From positions 60,422 to 124,421 of IMG/VR virus record IMGVR_UViG_3300031231_000003: a stretch of 64,000 nt of DNA; one strand, given 5' to 3'. Shown here in pieces: positions 28,638 through 38,224 of the stretch; the first letter of the stretch is position 1, and each line of letters starts with the position of its first letter. A program made the translations under genes and the position numbers. The notes under the pieces were generated by a model. That model was not told the DNA's origin and made no database searches. It saw only the letters and a program-made list of their open reading frames with translations. This DNA is from a virus.

Positions 28638-28877
28638 ATGAAATTCGTTCATGCTCAAGAGGTGAAGTTAAAAGTTGGGGTAGGTGCAAAAACAGCTAAT
28701 TCACCCACTGGAAAAGGAATCATACTTGATAATGTTGATGGATTAAATCTCGTTCTTTGGGTTGATGACGGGATTCAAGATTATCGCATGGATGGTGAAT
28801 TATTGTTGTTCGTTGAAAACGATGGATCGTTGATCGAACGAGTGTTCCGTCGTTTGATCAATCTATTGAACTCATGA
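28638..28877 (+). CDS. Small SH3-like protein, paralog of 20845..21102
   Basis: 'LKVGV..KGIIL..LVLW..LIERVFRRLI'. Confidence 0.55.
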   Translation: MKFVHAQEVKLKVGVGAKTANSPTGKGIILDNVDGLNLVLWVDDGIQDYRMDGELLLFVENDGSLIERVFRRLINLLNS

Positions 28878-29866
28878 CGACTGAAATCTTCACGTTCGGA
28901 AGTAAGTTGAAATTCATCGAGAAATGCTTTGGAAAGGCGTACATCTCAACTTCGCAAAGGAACGTGGAAGTAAGATGTCCAGTTTGTCAACCGAAAGATC
29001 CGACAAAAAAGAAACTTTCCATACGAATTGCCGATGATGCCTTCAACTGTTGGGTTTGCAGTTTAAAAGGCCGATCACTAATATTCCTGCTCAAGAAGTA
29101 CGGGACTCAGGAGCTGATCAACGAGTACATTGACACGTTTGCCCCTTCGTTAAAAAACAAGCACAAGAATGCGATCATCACGATTGAACCCGATAAGTTC
29201 ACACTTCCGAACGATTTCAAGCTACTTGCGGTTGAACAAGATACAAAGGATCCCGATACCCGTGCAGTTCTCTCGTACCTGAGATCAAGGGACATCACCG
29301 AACGGGATCTTTGGTACTTCAAGTTCGGTGTTTCTAATCAATCGCGTTGGTTCAGAAGGGCTTTGGTCCCTTCATTCGACTCAGAAGGCAACGCTGACTT
29401 CCTCGTCGGTCGCTCGATTGATTCGAAGAGGATGCCTAAGTACCAACAACCTCACGTTCAAAGAGGTGACATCGTATTCAACGAGCTCAACGTTGATTGG
29501 ACGAAACGACTCGTGCTTTGTGAAGGCGTGTTCGATGTCATCAAATGTGGAGATAACGCGGTTCCATTGCTTGGTTCCAGCTTGAACGAGCATTCGTTGT
29601 TGTTTGAACGCATTGTGACGAACATGACACCCGTTGTCATAGCTCTCGATAACGACATGGTTGATTCTGCGATACCTCGCATCGTGAAGAAGCTGGATGA
29701 GTACCAGATCGAAGCCACGATAGTCGATCTCAATGGGAAGAAGGATCCGGGCGAGATGACACGTGATGAGTTCAAACGTGCTCTTGAGAACACGAGATCC
29801 CTCGATTGGTACAACTTCTTCCAATCCAAGCTGAACAGAATGACGAACGTATCATTGTCGAAATGA
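28874..29866 (+). CDS. DNA primase (Zn finger plus TOPRIM)
   Basis: 'CPVC..FNCWVC', 'YLRSR', 'LCEGVFD', 'IALDND', 'KDPGEM'. Confidence 0.9.
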   Translation: MTTEIFTFGSKLKFIEKCFGKAYISTSQRNVEVRCPVCQPKDPTKKKLSIRIADDAFNCWVCSLKGRSLIFLLKKYGTQELINEYIDTFAPSLKNKHKNAIITIEPDKFTLPNDFKLLAVEQDTKDPDTRAVLSYLRSRDITERDLWYFKFGVSNQSRWFRRALVPSFDSEGNADFLVGRSIDSKRMPKYQQPHVQRGDIVFNELNVDWTKRLVLCEGVFDVIKCGDNAVPLLGSSLNEHSLLFERIVTNMTPVVIALDNDMVDSAIPRIVKKLDEYQIEATIVDLNGKKDPGEMTRDEFKRALENTRSLDWYNFFQSKLNRMTNVSLSK

Positions 29867-29904
29867 CATTCATTGTCAATTCACTCGTGAATGATAATTA
29901 AGTC

Positions 29905-30822
29905 GTGATGAACACGCTACGCAATTACGTGAGATTGATCCTTTCCGAGAGGATCAGGGCGAAAGATCCTTCCTCTTCGTCTTCACGTAAGGCAACGTTC
30001 AACATGAACGACTTCAAGAAATTGAAGCAAAATGATCCACTAGAAGGAACGTTTTTGAAGTACGCGAAACGCAACCTTCAAAGGTTGGGAGAGGGATCAT
30101 CTCGTGAAGTATTCTTACTTTCATCACAAAAGGTTCTCAAGGTCGCGGTGAACGAAAAAGGTATCGCTCAAAACGAAGCCGAGATTGATGTTTATACGAA
30201 TCCCAAGACTCGACCGATCATATCGAAGGTGTACGATTATGGTTCAGGTTACGAATGGCTCGTATCTGAACTAGTTCGTGAATTGACGTACGAAAAAATC
30301 TGCACTTTGTTGGATCTTGATGGTTCTTGGGACTACATGATCAAGGAACTTATCGTTGATAAAATGCCAATTGATAAACTTGTCAAGCGATACACGGAAA
30401 AAAATTTAAGAGTCAAAGATTCAGGAACTGATGTTCCTGGCTCAGTCGTTGTCGATAAACATGGGAACCACGTAGCAGGACCGTTTTTTTCGCCGCCAGG
30501 CTGGGAACACGATCGCGGAACGCCCGAAGCATTTAAAGCAATCGATGAAATTAACGTACAAAATCCCAAGTTGAAACAATTTCTCATTGCATTGAAACAA
30601 ACGATGGAAGTGAACGAGCTCGAACGCGGAGACATTCAACCCCAACATTTCGGTAAAAGCGCTTCGGGCGACATCGTGCTTCTCGATTACGGGTACACGA
30701 CAACGGTTCTTAAGAATCATTACGGGGGCGGTGATATCAGTTGGGATGATGGTGATGATGACGTTGATCCGTCAAATTCGATATCTGGTCGTGAAACCAC
30801 TCGATCACCCGCGGCAAGTTGA
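29905..30822 (+). CDS. Protein-kinase-like fold protein with capsid-leader-like N-terminus
   Basis: 'LGEGSSREVF','VLKVA','QNEAE','WLVSELV','GDI...FG','LLDYG'. Confidence 0.7.
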   Translation: MMNTLRNYVRLILSERIRAKDPSSSSSRKATFNMNDFKKLKQNDPLEGTFLKYAKRNLQRLGEGSSREVFLLSSQKVLKVAVNEKGIAQNEAEIDVYTNPKTRPIISKVYDYGSGYEWLVSELVRELTYEKICTLLDLDGSWDYMIKELIVDKMPIDKLVKRYTEKNLRVKDSGTDVPGSVVVDKHGNHVAGPFFSPPGWEHDRGTPEAFKAIDEINVQNPKLKQFLIALKQTMEVNELERGDIQPQHFGKSASGDIVLLDYGYTTTVLKNHYGGGDISWDDGDDDVDPSNSISGRETTRSPAAS

Positions 30823-30855
30823 ACATCAACAACTTAACGTAATACATTAGAAGTA

Positions 30856-31503
30856 ATGCTCAGATTTGCGACGATTGCGGACGTTCACATCCGCTCGTTA
30901 ACACGTCATGATGAGATTCGAGAAGTGTTCAACGCTTTCGTTAAAGACGTGAAGGAACACAACATCGATCACATTTTCATTGGTGGCGACATCGGTCACA
31001 GTAAAACAGCACAATTTTCGGCTGAGTACGTTGATCTCATGGTTGAGCTGATCAACTTGCTTGGCGATACCGCACCGACCCACATGATCTTGGGAAATCA
31101 CGACCTGAACGAGAGAAACAAGATCAGACAGGATGTGATCACACCCGTTTTAAACGCGGTCAAGCACCCAAACGTGCATCTTTACAAGACTAGCGGTGTT
31201 TACAGTATCGCAGAAGGTTGCAATTTGTGCGTCTTTAGCATCTTTGACGAGGAGAATTGGAAAAATGTGGAACCCGTAGAAGGTGACATCAACATCGCTT
31301 GTTATCACGGGGGCGTTTCGGGAGCAAGGACTGAAACTGATTGGGAACTCACGGGAGGTCTGGAATTAGATCATTTTGCTGAATATGATGCAACTTTCCT
31401 CGGTGACATCCACAAATTTCAATGGCTGGATCATCGTGATTTTGAAATTGAAATTGACGAGGATGAGTTAAAAGATTATCCCGGAGCAATTGTGCTTCCA
31501 TGA
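30856..31503 (+). CDS. SbcD/Mre11 (gp47-like) nuclease, N-terminal fragment
   Basis: 'IADVH','GGDI','LGNHD','CYHG','LGDIH'; stops before the conserved YPGS motif. Confidence 0.88.
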   Translation: MLRFATIADVHIRSLTRHDEIREVFNAFVKDVKEHNIDHIFIGGDIGHSKTAQFSAEYVDLMVELINLLGDTAPTHMILGNHDLNERNKIRQDVITPVLNAVKHPNVHLYKTSGVYSIAEGCNLCVFSIFDEENWKNVEPVEGDINIACYHGGVSGARTETDWELTGGLELDHFAEYDATFLGDIHKFQWLDHRDFEIEIDEDELKDYPGAIVLP

Positions 31504-31718
31504 AATTTAGTGATCTCAGACCGGGAGATATGTACATCACGTCTGGTTCTACCGTTTATCCTCAGCATGAATCAGCAACCGTTGTAGCCGTAACTGAGAA
31601 TCATATAACGTGGTTGATTACGGAAAATAGATTGACAAAGATCTATCGTTTTAAGAATTTCAATGATCAACCTTTCGATGAAAAGGGAATCACTTGGTTG
31701 AGGGTGAAAAATGTCTAA
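31500..31718 (+). CDS. Small xLxPGD-family protein inside the split sbcD
   Basis: 'MKFSDLRPGDMYI...ATVVAV'; overlaps both neighbours. Confidence 0.65.
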   Translation: MKFSDLRPGDMYITSGSTVYPQHESATVVAVTENHITWLITENRLTKIYRFKNFNDQPFDEKGITWLRVKNV

Positions 31719-34284
31719 GAAGATTCGAATTCGTATAAACCGACCGGCGATAGGGTATCCCGGATCGATGCTTCAAAATACCTACTCAGAAGATCTGAAG
31801 CATTTTTGGCTGAAATGGGAGTTCAAATCGAGCAACGACTTCACAGTCGTTCCTGTTGAACTTCCGAATCCAAAGCCATTTTTGACAATCGATTGGAACG
31901 GTTCCGTCAATAAAACGGTCGACCAGTTGAAGAACTTCAAGGCTGGTTCAAGGGTTCGTATCAAGTCTGATGCAAAGATCCCACTTAAGTACTCAACGAA
32001 GCTCGTTTCAACGATCAAGAACGAGATGGGAGCATCGGAGGTCATCTTCAAGGAAGAACAGGCAACCGACATCTCTCGAATCAACATGGGTTCCGTTCAG
32101 TTGCTTCGTACGGATCTGAGGAATTCGGACGTATTGTTTCAGCTTTTAAAGGAACATTACAAGTCATCCGAAATGCATGAGGATGAATGGGTGAAGATCT
32201 ACGATCTTCTTCGTAAGTACGTCTCGATTCTCACGAGCGAGGATGTGATGAGGAACGTCAAATGGTCATTGAGAAGACTTCGCTTCAACAACATGTATTC
32301 CTATGGCGAAGATAACACGATCAATTTCGATGCATTGTCGGGCCTCGTAGGTATATTCGGGCCAAACAGAAGCGGCAAGTCTTCAATTCTCGGAACCCTA
32401 ATGTACGGGTTGTTCAATGCGACCGATAGAGGTCCAATCAAGAACATGTTGCTGTGCAACACTCGTAAGCAATCATGCTCATCAAAGATCGTGATCAAGC
32501 TCGGGGGTCGTGATTACCTCGTTGAGCGTTCAACGAACAAGAAGTCGAACAAGCAGGGTGACATCTCCGCCGCGACGAACCTCAGGATTTGGGAACTCAT
32601 CGATGGAAAACCTGTTGAAAGCACGGGGGAGCAACGTTCAGACACCGAGAAAACGCTGAGAAAGCTCATCGGAACGTCGGATGATTTTCATTTGATGTCG
32701 ATATCGACGCAGCGAGATGATAATTCAATCCTCGAACACGGGTCCACGAAAAGACGACAGATCATTTCAAGGTTCCTTGACATTGACGTCCTCCAGCAGA
32801 TCCATGAACTTGCACGTGATGATGTTCGTGAACAAAAAGGTCTCATCAAGAACCTGAACGAGGATTTGAATGAATCAATAAACGATAGACGTAACGTGTC
32901 ATCCAATCTCGATCAACAGATTGAACTCAACGTTTCTAATCTCGAAAGTTCACGTGAAAGGTTGTTCGATCTAAAGACTCAGCTCGCAGCTTTCAAGGGA
33001 TTCAAGCATGTTTCGATCGAGGAGCTCGAATCACACCGTGAATCGATCGACGAGTTGAACGGAAAATTATCGAAGGTTGTTTCAAGCATTGAAAAAGCGG
33101 GAAGGGACTTACAAGAAACGGATGAAAAAATAGAACGTGTTTCGACGGTTCTTCAGGATTACGATCTTGTGACGATGAAGCAACAGCTCGATTCATTCAA
33201 GAAGCTGCGTTCAAGCGTCAATTCGATGCTTCAAGCGTACACGAACGAGAACAACTCGTTCGAACGTAGCAAGAAGACGATCAAGATCCTGCAAGACGTT
33301 CCTTGTGGCGATTCGTTTCCAACGTGTAAGTTCATCAAGGATGCTCATGACCTGAAACCAACGCTGGACGATCAACGTGATCGAGTAAATTCTTTGAAAC
33401 GATCGTACGATGAAGCGAATCAATCGCTCGGCGGTATCGATGAAAAAAAGATGGTCGACAACGTTTCGAAGGTTGAATCGTTGAAGGAAAAACTGGGACA
33501 ATTGAAGTTGAACAAGGCTCAGCTCGAAACCCAATTGACAAGGCTCAATCACAACAGGAACGAGATTCAGCGAACTTTGGACGTTGCGATCAATGAATTC
33601 GAGGATCTCGAATCAAGGACCGACAAAAAGAAGAACGATGAACTGACCTCACTTAAATCATTGATCTTTTCTGCCGAAGCCGGAATATCCGTCTTGGAAA
33701 AAGCGAATATCTCTTTGGCAACACAAAAAGGTAAGATTGAATCCGAGATCGAACGTTTGTTGAAGGATCAAAAGAGACGAATCGATATCCTTCAAAGGAT
33801 GAAGTACCACGAGGTGATCGAATCCAGCTTTTCAAAGAATGGAATTCAGGATGCGATCCTCTCATCAATGCTTCCTGCGATCAATGAAGAGGTTGCAAAG
33901 ATCCTCAATGGAATCGTGAACTTCACCGTTGAGCTCGAGAAGCTACCGAATGATGATCAAATCGACATCTACATAAACTATGGTGATGGTGACAAGAGGG
34001 TTCTCGAACTCGGAAGCGGCATGGAAAAGTTCATCAGTTCAATCGTTCTACGAGTTGCATTGAACAACATCTCCACCTTACCGAAGAGCGATGTGTTCTT
34101 CATCGACGAAGGATTCGGGTCGTTGGATGCGAGCAGCGTGGAGGAGTGTTCAACATTGCTTCAATCTCTGAAGAAGTACTTCAAGACGATCATTGTCATC
34201 ACACACGTTGACGTGATGAAGGACATCGTCGATTCCACGATTGAGATCACACGAAACGGAAAGGACTCACATGTCTCGTGTTGA
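31711..34284 (+). CDS. SbcD C-terminal fragment fused to SbcC/Rad50 (gp46-like) ATPase
   Basis: 'IGYPGSMLQ..YSE'; Walker A 'GPNRSGKSS'; Zn hook 'CGDSFPTC'; 'GSGME'; Walker B 'FFIDEGFGSLD'; 'VITH'. Confidence 0.92.
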   Translation: MSKKIRIRINRPAIGYPGSMLQNTYSEDLKHFWLKWEFKSSNDFTVVPVELPNPKPFLTIDWNGSVNKTVDQLKNFKAGSRVRIKSDAKIPLKYSTKLVSTIKNEMGASEVIFKEEQATDISRINMGSVQLLRTDLRNSDVLFQLLKEHYKSSEMHEDEWVKIYDLLRKYVSILTSEDVMRNVKWSLRRLRFNNMYSYGEDNTINFDALSGLVGIFGPNRSGKSSILGTLMYGLFNATDRGPIKNMLLCNTRKQSCSSKIVIKLGGRDYLVERSTNKKSNKQGDISAATNLRIWELIDGKPVESTGEQRSDTEKTLRKLIGTSDDFHLMSISTQRDDNSILEHGSTKRRQIISRFLDIDVLQQIHELARDDVREQKGLIKNLNEDLNESINDRRNVSSNLDQQIELNVSNLESSRERLFDLKTQLAAFKGFKHVSIEELESHRESIDELNGKLSKVVSSIEKAGRDLQETDEKIERVSTVLQDYDLVTMKQQLDSFKKLRSSVNSMLQAYTNENNSFERSKKTIKILQDVPCGDSFPTCKFIKDAHDLKPTLDDQRDRVNSLKRSYDEANQSLGGIDEKKMVDNVSKVESLKEKLGQLKLNKAQLETQLTRLNHNRNEIQRTLDVAINEFEDLESRTDKKKNDELTSLKSLIFSAEAGISVLEKANISLATQKGKIESEIERLLKDQKRRIDILQRMKYHEVIESSFSKNGIQDAILSSMLPAINEEVAKILNGIVNFTVELEKLPNDDQIDIYINYGDGDKRVLELGSGMEKFISSIVLRVALNNISTLPKSDVFFIDEGFGSLDASSVEECSTLLQSLKKYFKTIIVITHVDVMKDIVDSTIEITRNGKDSHVSC

Positions 34285-34576
34285 CAAGTTCGAACCGTAC
34301 CTGAACGATAGATTGATCCTCAAGAAGGAAAATTACGTTTTGATCAAACCGAATCGTGAATCGAGGTTGATTCCACTCGGTTGTTCGGTATGTGAATTCT
34401 TATACAGGACTCACAACGATGAGAAGGCACACGAAACGTACGGGTGTTGTCACAGATGTGCTGAGGTGTTCGTGTACCCTGATCGAAAACGATGGTCAAA
34501 AGGATGGCGACCGAATGAAGATCAGATCAAAAGAGACGTCGAATCACGACAATCTTTATCGATCATGATGAAGTAA
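34271..34576 (+). CDS. Hypothetical Cys-containing protein
   Basis: 'CSVC...CCHRC...W..GWRP'; AGGA RBS before ATG 34271. Confidence 0.55.
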   Translation: MSRVDKFEPYLNDRLILKKENYVLIKPNRESRLIPLGCSVCEFLYRTHNDEKAHETYGCCHRCAEVFVYPDRKRWSKGWRPNEDQIKRDVESRQSLSIMMK

Positions 34577-34577
34577 A

Positions 34578-35162
34578 ATGCGTAATTACGATTGGTTCAA
34601 AAAAACTTACGATTATATCGTTTACGATGTTCGAAATAACTTGCTGATTGCGGATTTCGAAGTTCATCATATTTTGCCGCGCTCTTTGGGTGGTTTGGAT
34701 TCTCTCGAAAACAGAGTTAGATTAACGTATCGTCAACATTTCATTTGTCATTGGTTACTTTGGAAAATGTCGACCGGGAAAGATCGTGAAAAGATGGCAC
34801 TTGCGTTCAAGTTCATGAAAGAAGGCCAACAAGGAAAATTTGTTGTATTGAATTCAATAACGTTCGCCAGAGTGAAGAAGGAAGCTTCACTTTTTCAGAG
34901 CAATCGACAAATTGGGATTAAAAAGCCGTATTTGAATGGAAATCAATTCGCAAGACACAAGCATACTCCCGAACAAAATTTGAGAAAAAGTAAACGTCAA
35001 ATTGGTGGTAAAAGAAAACCCGAAACGATTGAGAGGATGAAAATTGCACAAAGTAAATCCGAAACTAAAAATCAAATTAGAGAACAATTGAAACGATATT
35101 GGGCAAAATGGCGCGTAGATAACAATCGTAAACCTCGTATCGGTGATGAAAAATATTTATGA
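34578..35162 (+). CDS. HNH/NUMOD3 homing endonuclease
   Basis: 'EVHHILPRSLGGLD..EN.VRLTYRQHFICHWLL'; 'HKHTPEQ','KRKPETIERMK'. Confidence 0.8.
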   Translation: MRNYDWFKKTYDYIVYDVRNNLLIADFEVHHILPRSLGGLDSLENRVRLTYRQHFICHWLLWKMSTGKDREKMALAFKFMKEGQQGKFVVLNSITFARVKKEASLFQSNRQIGIKKPYLNGNQFARHKHTPEQNLRKSKRQIGGKRKPETIERMKIAQSKSETKNQIREQLKRYWAKWRVDNNRKPRIGDEKYL

Positions 35163-35628
35163 TATGGACATTGATCAATTATTAAAGGATGAAGAACTTG
35201 AGTTTGATCCTTTAGCGAATAAACTTGATAAAGGAGTTGATTCTGAGAATCAAGATATTGACTATTCAGCTCTCGCGCAAAGTTTTGATACGTCGTGGGG
35301 GAGATCTTCTACGCCGAAAACGGCTCAATTCTCCGTAAAATTCCAGCTCGATGGTGCGAATCGAATGATCGCAAGTTACTGTGCAATCGTCAATTTTGCA
35401 AGCGAACGTGACATGATTGAGCAAAAGCGAAGGTACGCATCTGAATCAACTGATATCTTGAAGGCTCACGTCAAGTTCATTAAGGACCGTTACAAGGGAC
35501 TTTGTGGAAAGACGCTCAGTGTCGACGAGATGTTCACAAGTGATTCCGTTGAATGTATCTCAATGAACTTTTATAATCCTCGAAAAGTTGCTTATTTTCG
35601 CAAAAAAACCGCCTATCAAATCGGGTAA
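35143..35628 (+). CDS. Hypothetical protein upstream of terminase
   Basis: 161-aa ORF in the head module. Confidence 0.55.
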   Translation: MMKNIYDMDIDQLLKDEELEFDPLANKLDKGVDSENQDIDYSALAQSFDTSWGRSSTPKTAQFSVKFQLDGANRMIASYCAIVNFASERDMIEQKRRYASESTDILKAHVKFIKDRYKGLCGKTLSVDEMFTSDSVECISMNFYNPRKVAYFRKKTAYQIG

Positions 35629-35633
35629 CGTAA

Positions 35634-35900
35634 ATGAAAATTTCACTGAAACAGCTCAAGTCAATCATTAAGGAAGAAATCTCATACAAGGACGTTGGAG
35701 ACGAACCCGAAGTTTTAGATATGATTTCGTCATTAATCAACGTTGTTGTTGATCAACCTCAATTTCGAATCTTAGCAAAACCAGATCCGAGAGGTCCCAA
35801 TCCAAAAATTGCAAAATTTCGACAAAAACTGTACAATGATATCGCACAATTGATAGATGATTCAATCAATCAGAACTTTAACGGCCCGTATTCAAAGTGA
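35634..35900 (+). CDS. Leader-bearing putative internal head protein
   Basis: 'MKISLKQLKSIIKEEI'. Confidence 0.6.
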   Translation: MKISLKQLKSIIKEEISYKDVGDEPEVLDMISSLINVVVDQPQFRILAKPDPRGPNPKIAKFRQKLYNDIAQLIDDSINQNFNGPYSK

Positions 35901-35910
35901 ATTACTTACC

Positions 35911-35916
35911 TAGTTA
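35911..35916 (+). promoter_or_regulatory. Representative TANNTA late-promoter-like hexamer
   Basis: TAGTTA 4 nt before the terminase GTG; same placement before about 10 other mostly structural genes. Confidence 0.5.
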
Positions 35917-35920
35917 ATAG

Positions 35921-37522
35921 GTGTTATCAGCGAACGATAAGAGAAATGAAATCATCCGGTGCGGCCGCGACCCGAAGTATTTCATAAAGCGTTATGTTTT
36001 CATCCAGCACCCCACAAAGGGGCGAATTAAGTTCACAACATATCCCTATCAGGACGACGTTGTTGATGCACTTGAAAATCATCGTCACAACATTGTCCTA
36101 AAATCTCGCCAGCTTGGCTTGTCAACGATTGCAGCCGCGTACTCATTGTGGATGGCGGTATTTCACAAGGACAAGAACATCATTGTCATTGCAACGAAGC
36201 TTGAAACGGCTCAGAACTTCGTTAAAAAGGTAAAGATTGCGCTTTTATCATTACCACCATGGCTAGTTCTTCCGAAACACGATGATAAAGCAACGGCACT
36301 TAATTTCGATAACGGATCACGAGTCATTGCAATTCCCGCTTCTGATGATGCGGGACGTTCTGAGGCTATTTCTCTATTGATCGTTGATGAATGTGCATTT
36401 ATCCGCAACTTCGATACCCTTTGGACAGGACTCTCACCAACCATTTCCACCGGTGGAAATGCATTCATACTTTCATCACCCAATGGTGTAGGCGGGCAAT
36501 TTTACAAGTTATGGATCGGTGCTGAAGCAGGACAGAATAACTTCAATCCCATAAAATTGCCTTGGACGGTTCATCCCGAACATGATGAAAAATGGTTCAA
36601 GGAAGAGACAAAAGATCTTACTCGTAAAAAGGTAGCTCAGGAATACATGTGTGACTTCCTCGCATCAGGTGATACCTTCCTGCAAGTCGAAGATCTCGAT
36701 TGGATGAAATCGAAGGTTCGTGAACCATTGCTAAAGACGGGATTTGACCGTAACGTGTGGATATGGGCTCATCCCGAATCTGAAAAACGATACGTCATCT
36801 CAGCCGACATTGCACGCGGCGATTCGCAGGATTTTTCAGCATTCCACGTCATCGATGCTGATGACGGTCAACTCGTCGCTGAGTACATGGGCAAGGCACC
36901 TCCCGAGGTGATGGGACAATTGATGGACGAGTACGGTCGTAAGTACAATATCGCCCTTGCGATCCCTGAAAATAACACTTTCGGTTACATGACCGCAATG
37001 TACTTGAAAGCGAATGGGTACCCTCGTATGTACTACAAGGATCATAAAGGTGATCCATTCAACTTTGTACCAACCGATGACATGTTGCCGGGGTTCTCCA
37101 CACAAACTCATTCACGTCGAAACATTCTCACAAAATTCGAAGAGTTGATCAGAAACAAGATGATCAATTGTCCTTCGTCACGCCTCGTTCAACAATTACA
37201 AGCGTTCGTCTGGCAGAACGCGAAGGCTCAAGCGTTGAAAGATAGTCATGACGACTTGATCATCAGTATTGCAATTGGCATGTACGTCGTTGGAGGAGAA
37301 CTTCAACAGGATTGCAGTCGGACGGATTTGACGGTGGCATTGCTGAATGCGACATCGCGAATGTCGAGAAGTGCAGATGAACTTCCAGGGCTGCGAGATC
37401 TTCCACCACCGATGAACCCTCAAATGATCACGACCACTTTTCAGCAAGTGAGGTCGGGAGAACGCGGAAGGCAATTAGTTCAAACGTTGCATCCCATGTA
37501 CAATTGGCTTGTGGATAAATAA
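35921..37522 (+). CDS. terL: Terminase large subunit (T4 gp17-like)
   Basis: 'YPYQ', Walker A 'KSRQLGLST', Walker B 'LLIVDE', 'SSPNG', nuclease 'SADIARG..DFSA..HDD'. Confidence 0.95.
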   Translation: MLSANDKRNEIIRCGRDPKYFIKRYVFIQHPTKGRIKFTTYPYQDDVVDALENHRHNIVLKSRQLGLSTIAAAYSLWMAVFHKDKNIIVIATKLETAQNFVKKVKIALLSLPPWLVLPKHDDKATALNFDNGSRVIAIPASDDAGRSEAISLLIVDECAFIRNFDTLWTGLSPTISTGGNAFILSSPNGVGGQFYKLWIGAEAGQNNFNPIKLPWTVHPEHDEKWFKEETKDLTRKKVAQEYMCDFLASGDTFLQVEDLDWMKSKVREPLLKTGFDRNVWIWAHPESEKRYVISADIARGDSQDFSAFHVIDADDGQLVAEYMGKAPPEVMGQLMDEYGRKYNIALAIPENNTFGYMTAMYLKANGYPRMYYKDHKGDPFNFVPTDDMLPGFSTQTHSRRNILTKFEELIRNKMINCPSSRLVQQLQAFVWQNAKAQALKDSHDDLIISIAIGMYVVGGELQQDCSRTDLTVALLNATSRMSRSADELPGLRDLPPPMNPQMITTTFQQVRSGERGRQLVQTLHPMYNWLVDK

Positions 37523-37570
37523 CACAAAGTAAAATCTTTCAAAGGATGACGTTTTTGTGGATACGTAATC

Positions 37571-38224
37571 TTGATGAAATCGAAAACAATTTCTTACAAG
37601 ATCTCCGAGGATCGTCTCAAGGAAATAATCGCCGAGGAATTGCAACGTAAGTTGCAGCTCGCGGAGAACCCTGATTCACTCACTGAAGACATCGATCACG
37701 AAGGTGCCGCAACGGTCTCTAAGGCTTCTTCGAAGCTTCTGAAAGCTCTTGCATCGTTTAAAGAAGATGCTAATGGCGGAATGCAAAGTGCTACGACGCC
37801 GCATCTCGATGCACTCGTGTCGACGCTTGAAGCGATGGTACAGAATCCCGCGAACTACACTGATAAGGTAAAGGTTGAACCGAAGCGAGTGAAGCTTCGT
37901 AAGGTTGAAGAAACCTTGCGCTCAAAATTCGATTCAAAAAAGCTTGCGGAATCTCGCTATAACTGGAAACCTGAGGCGATTGAGTTCATGAAGGATCTTC
38001 TTCGTACGAAGACTAAAACGGTTCCTGTGGGTTCAAATCAAACGAAGATCGCTGATACACTTCAGGACGTGAACATGATTCGGATGAAGAAACATTTCAA
38101 GGGTCCGTCGGGTCTCGTTGTCGTGTACGAACCGACACAAGAAGGGCTGGAAGAATTCGACAAGTACAGAACTTCATCGATGACGTCAAAGAAACCACAG
38201 GTTGAAAAGGTAAGCGAACAATGA
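37571..38224 (+). CDS. Leader-bearing putative internal head protein
   Basis: 'KISEDRLKEIIAEEL'; several L-x-E sites. Confidence 0.55.
   Translation: MMKSKTISYKISEDRLKEIIAEELQRKLQLAENPDSLTEDIDHEGAATVSKASSKLLKALASFKEDANGGMQSATTPHLDALVSTLEAMVQNPANYTDKVKVEPKRVKLRKVEETLRSKFDSKKLAESRYNWKPEAIEFMKDLLRTKTKTVPVGSNQTKIADTLQDVNMIRMKKHFKGPSGLVVVYEPTQEGLEEFDKYRTSSMTSKKPQVEKVSEQ

Noticed and set aside
31429-31755. Split intein or group I intron in sbcD
   Set aside because: No Cys/Ser start, TxxH or terminal Asn motifs; the interval is occupied by coding sequence and no intron core was recognisable.
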